From Sedimenticolaceae bacterium (GTDB lineage: Bacteria > Pseudomonadota > Gammaproteobacteria > Chromatiales > Chromatiaceae): 64,000 nt of DNA. A model generated the notes under the pieces. That model saw nothing but the letters and a program-made list of their open reading frames with translations. It made no database searches and was not told the origin of the DNA. The stretch covers positions 2,222-66,221 of the forward strand of contig CBFHYJ010000003.1 of NCBI GenBank assembly GCA_965659945.1. Reading direction: 5' to 3'. Numbering within the stretch: the stretch's first letter is position 1; every line of letters begins with the position of its first letter. A program made the translations under genes and the position numbers. This document shows, in pieces, positions 49,593 through 58,979 of the stretch.

Positions 49593-49651
49593 TGCACCAG
49601 AGCGACAAGGTTTAATGGACGTGCACCACAATGACGCACTCTTTTGGTGCT
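49593..49651. promoter_or_regulatory. Putative NtrC enhancer sites
   Basis: Inverted repeat CGCACT-N5-GGTGCT (49635-49651) resembles the NtrC consensus TGCACT-N5-GGTGCA. There are additional TGCACC half-sites at 49593 and 49622. The sites lie ~70-120 nt upstream of the sigma54 promoter. Confidence 0.35.
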
Positions 49652-49719
49652 TATCGGCAATTGAAAGCACACAGCCCCTGCTCTAACCTAATGCCATAAC
49701 GATTTATGGAGTATTGGGT

Positions 49720-49968
49720 ATGTTTGATCCAAAGATTTTTGACGACCTATCGCGCAAGCTAGTTGATGGTCTACCTTCCGGCCTGCAATCGCTGCAGGGT
49801 GACGTTGAGCGCAATATCAAAGCCTCTTTAGAGGCTGCCTTACGTCAGATGAACTTAGTTTCACGTGATGAGTTCGAGATTCAACAAGCGATCTTGATAC
49901 GCACACGCGAGAAGGTTGACGCTCTCGAAACACGCGTTGCCGAGTTAGAAGCGCAACTTAAATCCTGA
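49720..49968 (+). CDS. ubiK: Ubiquinone biosynthesis accessory factor UbiK (YqiC/BMFP family)
   Basis: ATG 49720 with GGAG 8 nt upstream. MFDPKIFDDL...LVSRDEFEIQQAILIRTREKVDALETRVAELE parallels E. coli YqiC. Confidence 0.75.
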   Translation: MFDPKIFDDLSRKLVDGLPSGLQSLQGDVERNIKASLEAALRQMNLVSRDEFEIQQAILIRTREKVDALETRVAELEAQLKS

Positions 49969-50058
49969 GGAATCACCTGTAAGCGTCGTTACCGAGAGTT
50001 TCAATGCTCTTGGATTCACACATGCTACCGATGTGCGAAGCACGTACACTTCGCCCCC

Positions 50059-51951
50059 ATGTTGCACCTTGACCACATTGCTATCCGCCGCGGACCTCGT
50101 CTGCTGTTTAGAGATGCCAGCTTTCAGATCCATCCAGGTAAAAAAGTCGGCATCACCGGCGCTAATGGCACAGGCAAGTCATCTCTGTTTGCGCTCATTC
50201 TTGGTGAGCTAAGCGCCGATACGGGTGATCTCCATAAACCCGCCGATTGGATCATTGCGCACTTAGCCCAAGAGGTACCAGCGACTCACCAGGAAGCGAT
50301 TGAGTATGTGATTGATGGTGATGCACCACTTCGCGCATTAGAGCAATCCCTGGCTCACGCAGAACAACACGGTCAAGGTGAACACATTGCGCATCTGCAT
50401 GCGGAGATGGATCACATCGGCGGTTACCAGGCACGAAGTCGTGCCGCCCAACTGATGGCAGGCCTAGGCTTTGCATCGAGTGATACACAGCTACCCTTGG
50501 ATAGTTTTTCTGGTGGCTGGCGTATGCGACTGAATCTCGCGCGCACCTTAATGTGTCGTTCTGATTTACTTTTGCTTGACGAGCCCACCAACCACCTCGA
50601 TCTCGATGCAGTGATTTGGTTAGAAGATTGGTTGAAAGCTTATCGTGGCACCTTGTTACTTATCTCTCACGACCGTGACTTCCTAGATTCGGTCTGCGAT
50701 CAGATTCTGCATCTTGAGCAAAACAAAGCGACGCTCTATTCAGGCAACTACACCGCATTCGAACGCATTCGCACTGAACGTTTAGCTAACCAACAAGCCA
50801 GCTTTGAAAAACAACAACGCGAAGTGGCGCACATGCGCTCGTTTGTTGAGCGCTTCCGTGCAAAAGCCACCAAGGCCAAACAAGCACAAAGCCGTTTAAA
50901 AGCGCTTGAGCGGATGGAGCTGATTGCACCTGCGCATGTTGACTCACCTTTCGCTTTTAGCTTTAAACCGCCGAAGAAAAACCCACACCCTTTGTTGCAG
51001 CTGCATGACAGTGCTGTGAGCTATGGCGACAAAGCCATCTTCAGTAAAGCAAACAGCATCTTGGGGCCGGGTGATCGTATTGGCTTACTGGGTCCTAACG
51101 GTGCAGGTAAGTCGACCTTTATTAAATTACTTGCGGGCGAGCTCAGCACGCAGACTGGCGAGCGCATCGAAGCCAAAGATCTACAGCTAGGCTATTTCGC
51201 GCAACATCAACTTGAACAGCTACATCCACAACACACACCGGTAGAACATCTTCAGCAACTTGATCCACAGATTGGTGAACAAGATGCGCGTGACTACCTA
51301 GGTGGTTTTGGTTTTATTGACGACAAAGCATTAGAGAAGGTTGAGCCCTTCTCGGGCGGCGAGAAGTCTCGTTTGGCATTGGCCTTGGTCGTATATCAAC
51401 GTCCCAATCTTTTATTGCTCGACGAGCCGACTAACCATCTTGACCTTGATATGCGCCAAGCACTTGCCACTGCTTTGCAAAGCTTTGAAGGCGCGATGGT
51501 TATCGTCTCGCACGACCGTCACTTATTACGCACTTGCTGTGACCAGTTATGGCTAGTGCATGATCAGCGTGTCGATGAGTTCGCCGAAGATCTCGACAGT
51601 TATCCGCGTTGGCTAGCTAAACAAATTGCGCCAAAGCTGGATGACAAACCAAGCAATACCGCGTCACGTAAAGATCAAAAGCGTCTTGAAGCCAAGCGTC
51701 GCCAAAAGCTCAGCCCACTAAAAAAGAAGATCATTCAAGCGGAAGAGTTGATGAAGTCACTCCAAGCCGATGTTGCTGCGCTTGAGCAAAAACTCTCCGA
51801 TAACGACCTCTATGATGCGTCACGTAAAGAGGACCTCACTAAAGTACTTGCCGAAAAAGCACGCGTTGATGCTGCGCTAGAAGATGCCGAGTTCGCTTGG
51901 TTCCAAGCCGAAGAGCAATTAGAAAATCTGCTGCAAGAATTAGAAGATTAA
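50059..51951 (+). CDS. yheS: ABC-F family ATPase, YheS-like
   Basis: 630 aa with two ABC cassettes (GANGTGKSS and GPNGAGKST; LLLLDEPTNHLDLD twice). The inter-domain linker FRAKATKAKQAQSRLKALERMELIAPAHVD and the coiled-coil C-terminus are near-collinear with E. coli YheS as recalled. Confidence 0.85.
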   Translation: MLHLDHIAIRRGPRLLFRDASFQIHPGKKVGITGANGTGKSSLFALILGELSADTGDLHKPADWIIAHLAQEVPATHQEAIEYVIDGDAPLRALEQSLAHAEQHGQGEHIAHLHAEMDHIGGYQARSRAAQLMAGLGFASSDTQLPLDSFSGGWRMRLNLARTLMCRSDLLLLDEPTNHLDLDAVIWLEDWLKAYRGTLLLISHDRDFLDSVCDQILHLEQNKATLYSGNYTAFERIRTERLANQQASFEKQQREVAHMRSFVERFRAKATKAKQAQSRLKALERMELIAPAHVDSPFAFSFKPPKKNPHPLLQLHDSAVSYGDKAIFSKANSILGPGDRIGLLGPNGAGKSTFIKLLAGELSTQTGERIEAKDLQLGYFAQHQLEQLHPQHTPVEHLQQLDPQIGEQDARDYLGGFGFIDDKALEKVEPFSGGEKSRLALALVVYQRPNLLLLDEPTNHLDLDMRQALATALQSFEGAMVIVSHDRHLLRTCCDQLWLVHDQRVDEFAEDLDSYPRWLAKQIAPKLDDKPSNTASRKDQKRLEAKRRQKLSPLKKKIIQAEELMKSLQADVAALEQKLSDNDLYDASRKEDLTKVLAEKARVDAALEDAEFAWFQAEEQLENLLQELED

Positions 51952-51989
51952 GCACTCGCCTTCTACCGCACTTCCGCTAAAGTGCCTGC

Positions 51990-53339
51990 ATGAATACGCA
52001 AGATACCCTAGCTAACGTCTCCAGACTCACCGCTTTTTGGTACTGGCTAAAGCTCGGCTTTATCAGCTTTGGCGGCCCTGCCGGTCAAATCGCGATGATG
52101 CACCAAGAACTGGTTGAGAAACGCCGTTGGATTTCTGAGCGTCGTTTTTTACACGCGCTTAACTACACCATGGTGCTCCCCGGACCTGAGGCACAACAAC
52201 TCGCCGCCTATATGGGTTGGCTGATGCACGGCACATTCGGCGGCATCGTTGCAGGCACATTATTTGTCTTACCTTCTTTACTGATCTTGATCGCACTGAC
52301 TTGGGCTTACTTAAGCTTTGGTCACCTCGATAGTGTTGCAGGCATCTTGTACGGCATTAAACCTGCGGTCGTGGCGATCGTGTTATTTGCTGCCTATCGC
52401 ATCGGCATGAAAACCTTGCGTCATGGCTTCTTAATGACGATCGCGCTAGCCGCGTTTGTTGGATTATTTGTTTTTCATATCAGCTTTCCCTACATCATCA
52501 TTGCCGCGGCAGTGATAGGTTGGGTTGGTCATCACTTTATTCCGGATGCGTTTAAAGCGTCAGGCGGGCATGGTGCTTCGGGTGAGCAGCACGGCAAAGC
52601 GCTGATTGATGACGATACCCCACCCCCAAGCTGGGCAGCCTTTAGCTGGGCAAGCAGCCTGTTCAAATTGGCGGTTGGTTTAATGCTCTGGCTTCTTGTT
52701 GAAGGGGCTTTGTATCTCAGCTTTGGTTGGCAAGGTCCTCTGACACAGATGGGCTGGTTCTTTACCAAAGCCGCCTTAGTCACCTTTGGTGGCGCTTATG
52801 CCGTATTGCCTTATGTCTATCAAGGCAGCGTGAATGAGTATCAATGGCTCAGCGCGACACAAATGATGGACGGCTTAGCGCTCGGTGAAACCACGCCTGG
52901 CCCACTGATCATGATCGTTGCCTTTATTGGTTTTGTTGGCGGCTGGACTAAAGAACTGTTTGGACCTGAAGCGCAGCTTCTCGCCGGTGCAGCGGGTGCT
53001 AGCGTTGCAACCCTGTTTACCTTTTTGCCGTCATTTATCTTTATCTTAATTGGCGCGCCATTGGTCGAGCATACGCGTAACGATATGAAACTCTCAGCAC
53101 CGCTCACCGCAATCACAGCGGCAGTCGTGGGGGTGATTGTGAACCTTGCGACCTTCTTTGCATGGCATGTGTTTTGGCCGCAAGGCACTGAGGTAGCACC
53201 TTTTGCTGGCAGCTTAGATATCACGGCTATCGTGATTGCCTTGGTCGCTTTCTTCGCGTTATCTCGCTTTAAACAAAGTGTGATGCGGGTTATCGGCGCA
53301 AGCGCGATCGCGGGCTTGGTAATTCAAGCCGTGCTTTAG
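51990..53339 (+). CDS. chrA: Chromate ion transporter ChrA (duplicated CHR domains)
   Basis: 449 aa. Motifs FGGPAGQIAMMHQELVEKRRWISERRFL and LPGPEAQQLA, then a second copy (TFGGAYAVLPY...TPGPLIM). Confidence 0.88.
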   Translation: MNTQDTLANVSRLTAFWYWLKLGFISFGGPAGQIAMMHQELVEKRRWISERRFLHALNYTMVLPGPEAQQLAAYMGWLMHGTFGGIVAGTLFVLPSLLILIALTWAYLSFGHLDSVAGILYGIKPAVVAIVLFAAYRIGMKTLRHGFLMTIALAAFVGLFVFHISFPYIIIAAAVIGWVGHHFIPDAFKASGGHGASGEQHGKALIDDDTPPPSWAAFSWASSLFKLAVGLMLWLLVEGALYLSFGWQGPLTQMGWFFTKAALVTFGGAYAVLPYVYQGSVNEYQWLSATQMMDGLALGETTPGPLIMIVAFIGFVGGWTKELFGPEAQLLAGAAGASVATLFTFLPSFIFILIGAPLVEHTRNDMKLSAPLTAITAAVVGVIVNLATFFAWHVFWPQGTEVAPFAGSLDITAIVIALVAFFALSRFKQSVMRVIGASAIAGLVIQAVL

Positions 53340-54100
53340 TGAGTTGTCGCTAACAGCTGCCATAAACCAAAGGCTGATACGACCAACAAACCGATGCCGA
53401 GATAACGCTTCACTTCTGCTGCGTTATGCCCAATCAGATGTTTGTGGAAACGTAAGCCGACAAAATGGCCAATCGCTGCAGGTAGGATTAAATACAGCGC
53501 CCATTCAAATTGCAGATCGACATCAAAGATGACAAAGGCCGCCATCTTGATCAGCACGAGCAAGAACCAAATCACAAATAAGGTATCGCGATAAGCGGTC
53601 AACACCACTTCTTTGATAGCCACCGCAGCAATCAACGGTGCGCCGACCAATGAGGCACCGCTGACATAGCCACCGATCACTAACAGCCCGCGATCCCACC
53701 ATTTTGAGTCGCCGCGGAAATCGCGTTTGAGTATCCAGGCGATCGCATAGAAGGCCGTAATCGCAAAGACAAAGATCGCCATCCAACGGGCCGGCAAACT
53801 GATCAAGCCAATCACGCCGAGTAACTTGGGTAGCAGCATCCAACCCATCGAGCGTTTCACAAAGCCCCAATCGATATGCTTAAGACGACCGGCTGCCGTG
53901 GTGGATGAAAAGATCAACAAGTGCCACGCAACGATCGGCAAGAAGAGCAAAGGATCATCACGGATTAAAAGCAACAAAGGCATGCTGAGTGCCGCGCCAC
54001 CAAAGCCGATAGCCGTGCGAACAAAACCTGACCACACAAAAATAGCGATGATCAAAATCCATTCAGTCGTTGAAAAGTCCACACCTAGCTCCAGCAGCAA
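53336..54100 (-). CDS. TauE/SafE (DUF81) family anion exporter
   Basis: 254 aa, polytopic. Motif GFVRTAIGFGGAALSMPLLLL is typical of the family. 4-nt convergent overlap with chrA. Confidence 0.8.
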   Translation of the reverse strand: MLLELGVDFSTTEWILIIAIFVWSGFVRTAIGFGGAALSMPLLLLIRDDPLLFLPIVAWHLLIFSSTTAAGRLKHIDWGFVKRSMGWMLLPKLLGVIGLISLPARWMAIFVFAITAFYAIAWILKRDFRGDSKWWDRGLLVIGGYVSGASLVGAPLIAAVAIKEVVLTAYRDTLFVIWFLLVLIKMAAFVIFDVDLQFEWALYLILPAAIGHFVGLRFHKHLIGHNAAEVKRYLGIGLLVVSAFGLWQLLATTH

Positions 54101-54161
54101 TGTGCACGCATTGTGTCATGCAATCTGACACTTAGAACATTACGAATGCCAATAAATCGGC

Positions 54162-54710
54162 TTAGTAGGTCGATGAAAAGCTGAACAGCTTTTGAATCTC
54201 TTCCTTCGACTTGCCACGGAAGTGCGCCATGTTGCGCTCGGGAATCATCTCAGGCTTTGGAAAACGTTTTAGTGCAGCCGCCATCGGGCCTTCACGCAAA
54301 TAATGGAACACCGGGTAAGGCGCACGATTGGTCCAGTTGGCATGATCGTCTGCCTCATTACCATCGAACACATACTTAGGATGAAAGCTGGCTAACTGCA
54401 CCTCGCCAGATAGGCCCGCATCTTCAATCGCTTGCTCACATGCACCTAAGCACTCGAGGTACTCATCGAAATCACCCAAAGCATAAGGCACAACCAGTGC
54501 CGCACTTTCGAGATGCTCACCATGATCTGAGGCAAAGTGCTGCAGGCCACCTAAGAAATCTTGATACGCACCTTCGAATGAATCGGCTTGGCTCATTTGC
54601 ATGGCAAAGTGATTATTCAAAATCGAAGTGCGTGCAAACGGACATAAGCCCTCGCCCATCACGATTTGATTAATCCAATGCTGCATTGCTTGCATCACTT
54701 CTTGGCTCAT
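54162..54710 (-). CDS. DUF1415-family protein
   Basis: 182 aa. LCPFA near the N-terminus and QLASFHPKYVFDGNEADDHANWTNRAPYPVFHYLRE match my recollection of the DUF1415 signature. 4-nt overlap with the upstream MOSC gene. Confidence 0.65.
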   Translation of the reverse strand: MSQEVMQAMQHWINQIVMGEGLCPFARTSILNNHFAMQMSQADSFEGAYQDFLGGLQHFASDHGEHLESAALVVPYALGDFDEYLECLGACEQAIEDAGLSGEVQLASFHPKYVFDGNEADDHANWTNRAPYPVFHYLREGPMAAALKRFPKPEMIPERNMAHFRGKSKEEIQKLFSFSSTY

Positions 54711-55492
54711 GCGATTACCTCAACTGTGTCATTCAGGCAGAGGATACCCGAATTACGTTGGATCACGTTCTGGCCAAAGAACACTTTGTTGTCACGCTTT
54801 CTGTGTTTAGCCAAACCTTCGAGCACCGCCTGTTCTTTTTCTGCGCTGTATAAATTCACACTAGGGATAACGCAACGCGAACAAGGCTTCACCAGATCAA
54901 ACAAAATGCCGCCGATACGAATGGTCTTCCAACCATCCTCAGCATAAGGCTCACAATCTGCGACCACGATGTTCGGGCGAAAACGCTCCATTTCAACCGG
55001 CGTTTTAAGTTTGCTATTCAGGTCTTCAAGCGAGGCTTCACTGATTAATAACAGCGGAAAGCCATCGGCAAAACTGACCTGATCACCTTCTTGCGCATAG
55101 CGCATATCCACCTGACGCAAAGCAGTTTCAGGCATATAAACCAAATGTACTGGCTGCTCTAACCACTCACTCAACACCGCATCAATCGATGCCTCAACAC
55201 CAACGGCTTGGCATTGGTCTTCCCACACAGTGACCTCAATCAGCTTGTCGGCCGAGGGTGCTGGCACGCTGAGTAATTGATCATTGAAGCAAAGACGCAG
55301 CTCACCTTCTTCAAGTACGGCAAAGATCTTCACCATGTTAGGCAACTGACGTTGTGTGAGAAATTGATACTGATCGCCAACTATCATCCAACGACGATCA
55401 CCAAACAAACCGCCGGCCACCAATGGCAGCATTGGTGGTTGTAAGCCGCGACAGGATTTAACAGGATATTGCCAAAGTTGAGAGATATGCAT
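54707..55492 (-). CDS. MOSC-domain protein (MOSC_N beta-barrel + MOSC; YcbX-like without ferredoxin domain)
   Basis: 261 aa. The N-terminal ISQLWQYPVKSCRG is typical of MOSC_N. The conserved Cys lies in KPCSRCVIPSV. Confidence 0.8.
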   Translation of the reverse strand: MHISQLWQYPVKSCRGLQPPMLPLVAGGLFGDRRWMIVGDQYQFLTQRQLPNMVKIFAVLEEGELRLCFNDQLLSVPAPSADKLIEVTVWEDQCQAVGVEASIDAVLSEWLEQPVHLVYMPETALRQVDMRYAQEGDQVSFADGFPLLLISEASLEDLNSKLKTPVEMERFRPNIVVADCEPYAEDGWKTIRIGGILFDLVKPCSRCVIPSVNLYSAEKEQAVLEGLAKHRKRDNKVFFGQNVIQRNSGILCLNDTVEVIA

Positions 55493-55536
55493 TTTAATGA
55501 AGTAGTTTCTTGCTTGTGGTTAGCGCCTTACTGTAA

Positions 55537-56208
55537 ATGAAAAACATCCTTCTTATTAAAAAGATACCTACAGTCAGCTGGAGCTCACACCATCCACTAA
55601 ACTTTACGCCTCGTCCTCTTACACTATTCTTTCTTTGCATGGGTTTGATGATTTTTGGTATTGGAGAGGCGCTGCTGATTAATAGCCATCTCGGCGTAAG
55701 TCCATGGACGGTACTCGCACAAGGCGTCAGCCTATCCACATCACAAAGCATTGGATGGTCGACCTTTTATATCAGTATCGTAGTTCTTTCATTATGGCTG
55801 CCACTTAAACAAGTGCCAGGCATCGGGACCTTATTAAATGCCATTATTATTGCTGCCAGCATCGAACTTTCATTGCCTTTGTTGCCAAAACCAGCCACGT
55901 TTGAATTTCAATTACTGCAAAGTATGCTTGGGATCTTTGTTGTAGGGTTTGGAAGTGGTATTTATTTAATAGCGCATCTAGGCGCCGGGCCTCGAGATGG
56001 CTTGATGACTGGACTACAACGTATATCTGAACTGCCCATGGCATGGGTGAGAACGATCATTGAGCTCATTGTCGTTATCACAGGATGGTTCCTTGGAGGA
56101 ACCGTGGGCATTGGCACCCTTTTATTTGCCATCGTGATAGGGCCGGCGGTTTCGTTGGGTCTTGCAACAGTTAAGTATGCATTTCAATCTGCTGAGAACG
56201 GTGAGTAA
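55537..56208 (+). CDS. Polytopic membrane protein (YczE/YitT-like by recollection)
   Basis: 223 aa, ~5-6 hydrophobic helices. FGIGEALLINSHLGVSPWTVLAQG and GAGPRDGLMTGL resemble the YczE-type family. Confidence 0.55.
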   Translation: MKNILLIKKIPTVSWSSHHPLNFTPRPLTLFFLCMGLMIFGIGEALLINSHLGVSPWTVLAQGVSLSTSQSIGWSTFYISIVVLSLWLPLKQVPGIGTLLNAIIIAASIELSLPLLPKPATFEFQLLQSMLGIFVVGFGSGIYLIAHLGAGPRDGLMTGLQRISELPMAWVRTIIELIVVITGWFLGGTVGIGTLLFAIVIGPAVSLGLATVKYAFQSAENGE

Positions 56209-56263
56209 TTCGGCAAACCTTTTTGCTTCTGGCATGATGTAAGAAATCACCCGGACTCCTGCT

Positions 56264-57454
56264 GTGTTTAATCAAGACTTTCAAATCGCCCGCTTACCTG
56301 CCGTGCAGTTTGCTGCTGGCGCAATTGATAAGCTGCCCTCTCTGCTACTGCCCTACACCGACAACATTCTCCTAGTCACAGGCAAAGCGGCTTTTACCGA
56401 CTCACCTCGCTGGCAGACCCTTACTCAGGCACTGAATGCTACCGGTCGTACCTGGCACCATGTGCGCATTAGCGATGAGCCTTCACCCGAGCAGATCGAT
56501 ACGCTAGTGAAAGAACATCATGGTCATCAGATTGGTGTGATTGCGGCGATTGGCGGTGGCAGCGTGCTTGATGCCGCCAAAGCGATTGCTGGCTTATTAC
56601 CCTCAGGCGACTCGGTACTCGACTACCTTGAAGGCGTGGGTAAAGGGTTGACCTACCAAGGCCCAGCATTGCCGTGGATTGCTGTACCCACCACCGCCGG
56701 TACCGGTAGCGAGGCGACAAAAAATGCGGTGCTCTCATTACGCGGCGAAGGCGGTTATAAAAAATCCTTCCGCGATGAACAACTTGTTGCACAAGTCGCC
56801 TTAATCGATCCTGACCTGCTCGATACCTGCTCACAAGCTCAGCTAGCAGCGAATGGTATGGACGCCTTTACTCAACTGCTCGAATCGTGGGTATCGCTTG
56901 GTGCCAGTCCCTTTACCGATGCCTTATCAAGTCATGCAATGGCGATCTTCCGTGATGGTTTTTGGCCGGCGTACAACAACGACGAACATGCTAGCGAAGG
57001 TCGCGCCAAGATGGCTTATGCCTCGATGATTTCCGGCATCACGCTCGCACAAGCCGGTTTGGGTTCAGTGCATGGCTTAGCTGCACCGCTCGGCGCTTTC
57101 TTTCCTGCGCCACATGGCGAAGTCTGCGGCACGCTCTTAGCTGCCGCAACCAAAGCCAACATCGAGATCATGCGTCGACGGGATAATCAAAACCCAGCGC
57201 TGGTGAAATATGCCGAAGCCGGTGTGCTTCTAAGTAATCGTTATGTCTCGAGTGCAGAAGAAGCACAAGACACGCTAATTGAAGTGCTCGAAGACTGGCA
57301 AGAAAAGCTGCAGCTGCCGCGCTTGTCTGCTTATGGCATGACCGAAGCGGATATTGATCGCGTAGTGAAGAATGCCCGCGGTAACAGCATGAAGACCAAT
57401 CCGGTTCAGCTCACTAATGGTGAATTAGCCGCGTTGATTCAATCGAGGTTATAA
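56264..57454 (+). CDS. Iron-containing (group III) alcohol dehydrogenase
   Basis: 396 aa, GTG start. Motif AIGGGSVLDAAKAIA, plus metal-binding His residues in a GSVHGLAAPLG context. Confidence 0.85.
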   Translation: MFNQDFQIARLPAVQFAAGAIDKLPSLLLPYTDNILLVTGKAAFTDSPRWQTLTQALNATGRTWHHVRISDEPSPEQIDTLVKEHHGHQIGVIAAIGGGSVLDAAKAIAGLLPSGDSVLDYLEGVGKGLTYQGPALPWIAVPTTAGTGSEATKNAVLSLRGEGGYKKSFRDEQLVAQVALIDPDLLDTCSQAQLAANGMDAFTQLLESWVSLGASPFTDALSSHAMAIFRDGFWPAYNNDEHASEGRAKMAYASMISGITLAQAGLGSVHGLAAPLGAFFPAPHGEVCGTLLAAATKANIEIMRRRDNQNPALVKYAEAGVLLSNRYVSSAEEAQDTLIEVLEDWQEKLQLPRLSAYGMTEADIDRVVKNARGNSMKTNPVQLTNGELAALIQSRL

Positions 57455-57513
57455 GCGGCAACAACACACATCGGGTAAACTGCACACATTGTTAGTTTGC
57501 TAAACCCTATGCC

Positions 57514-57777
57514 ATGAATTGCTGGATCTACCGCAGCCCGAAAAAAGACGAGATGTACCTGTACCTCGCCAAGGAAGATGATTTTGATGCCGTGCCTGAA
57601 GAGCTTCTCAAGCGTTTTGGTGCCCCTGCGCAAATCATGGCGCTTGAGCTCACGCCTGAGCGCAAATTAGCCCGTGAAGATGTGCAGAAGGTTAAAGCAA
57701 ATCTTGCGGATAAAGGCTATCACCTACAAATGCCACCGACCCTTGTGCCTGACCTGTATCACGGGAATGAAGACTGA
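57514..57777 (+). CDS. ycgL: YcgL-domain protein
   Basis: 87 aa. [34 protein letters not shown]...[17 protein letters not shown] parallels E. coli YcgL. Confidence 0.85.
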   Translation: MNCWIYRSPKKDEMYLYLAKEDDFDAVPEELLKRFGAPAQIMALELTPERKLAREDVQKVKANLADKGYHLQMPPTLVPDLYHGNED

Positions 57778-58979
57778 TGAGTCACCTACTTTCTGTATCG
57801 CTACTCAGTGATCGCTCTGCTGAGCATCTGCAACAATTACTCGATGCCTTAAAGACACTCGATGCGCGCATCGTGGATGTGCAACAACACGAAGGGCACT
57901 TTACTGGCTTTGCTAGCTTAGTGATTGACACCCCCTCAGATCACAATCTTGAGAGCGTAAAGCAGCGCCTTGATGCTCAAGCGGGCTTGAGTGATGCGCA
58001 AATCGATCTGCAAGAGCTCTCGCCGGATGACTTTGCTCATCTGCAAGCGGGTGAAACTGCACCGCGTTTTATCGCCACGCTGTTAGGTCGCACCCTGTCA
58101 CCTGACAATATTCAGCAAGTGATCAGCGTCGCGCTGCAGCATGGCTTGCGCCTTGAACGTATTCGCCGCTTGTCTGAAAACTTATCGGTTAATGCCGAGC
58201 GCGCCTGTGTGGAGTTAGCACTGGTGGGTGAGGTCAAAGATATTACGGCTGTACGCAAAGATGTTTTGGCGATCAGCCAAGCTTCTGACATCGATATCGC
58301 GATTCAAGAGGATGATATCTACCGTCGTCATCGCCGCTTGGTGGTGTTTGATATGGATTCGACGCTGATTAAATGTGAAGTGATCGATGAGCTTGCACGT
58401 GCTGCCGGCACGGTTGATGAGGTAGCTAAGATCACAGCAGCGGCAATGCGCGGCGAGATTCCGTTTGATGAAAGTTTCCGTACGCGTCTTGGCACTTTAA
58501 AGGGCTTGGATGAAACCGTGCTGAAAAATATCGCCGAGAATCTTCCGATCATGGAAGGTGCTGACCGTTTAATGAAAACGCTGAAAGGTCTTGGCTACAA
58601 AGTGGGCATCCTTTCGGGTGGCTTTGAGTATTTCGCCGAGCACTTGAAAGTGCGTTGGGGTATTGATTGCATCTCGGCGAACAAGCTGGAGATTGTCGAT
58701 GGCAAGATGACCGGTGAAGTGAAAGGCCAGATCATCAATGGTGATGAAAAAGCGCGCCGCTTAAAGATGATGGCTGAAGAAGCCGGCTTTGATATGGCAC
58801 AAACCGTGGCCGTTGGCGATGGCGCGAATGATTTACCGATGCTAAGCATTGCGGGCTTAGGCGTGGCGTTTCACGCCAAACCATTGGTGCAAGAAAAAGC
58901 CAAACATAGCGTTTCAACCCTAGGCTTAGATGCCTTGCTCTACTTATTAGGTATTGCTGACCGCGATATCGACGCATGA
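57777..58979 (+). CDS. serB: Phosphoserine phosphatase SerB with N-terminal ACT-like regulatory domains
   Basis: 400 aa. HAD motif I is VVFDMDSTLIKCEVIDELA, with later SGGF and VGDGANDLPML. 1-nt overlap with ycgL. Confidence 0.9.
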   Translation: MSHLLSVSLLSDRSAEHLQQLLDALKTLDARIVDVQQHEGHFTGFASLVIDTPSDHNLESVKQRLDAQAGLSDAQIDLQELSPDDFAHLQAGETAPRFIATLLGRTLSPDNIQQVISVALQHGLRLERIRRLSENLSVNAERACVELALVGEVKDITAVRKDVLAISQASDIDIAIQEDDIYRRHRRLVVFDMDSTLIKCEVIDELARAAGTVDEVAKITAAAMRGEIPFDESFRTRLGTLKGLDETVLKNIAENLPIMEGADRLMKTLKGLGYKVGILSGGFEYFAEHLKVRWGIDCISANKLEIVDGKMTGEVKGQIINGDEKARRLKMMAEEAGFDMAQTVAVGDGANDLPMLSIAGLGVAFHAKPLVQEKAKHSVSTLGLDALLYLLGIADRDIDA

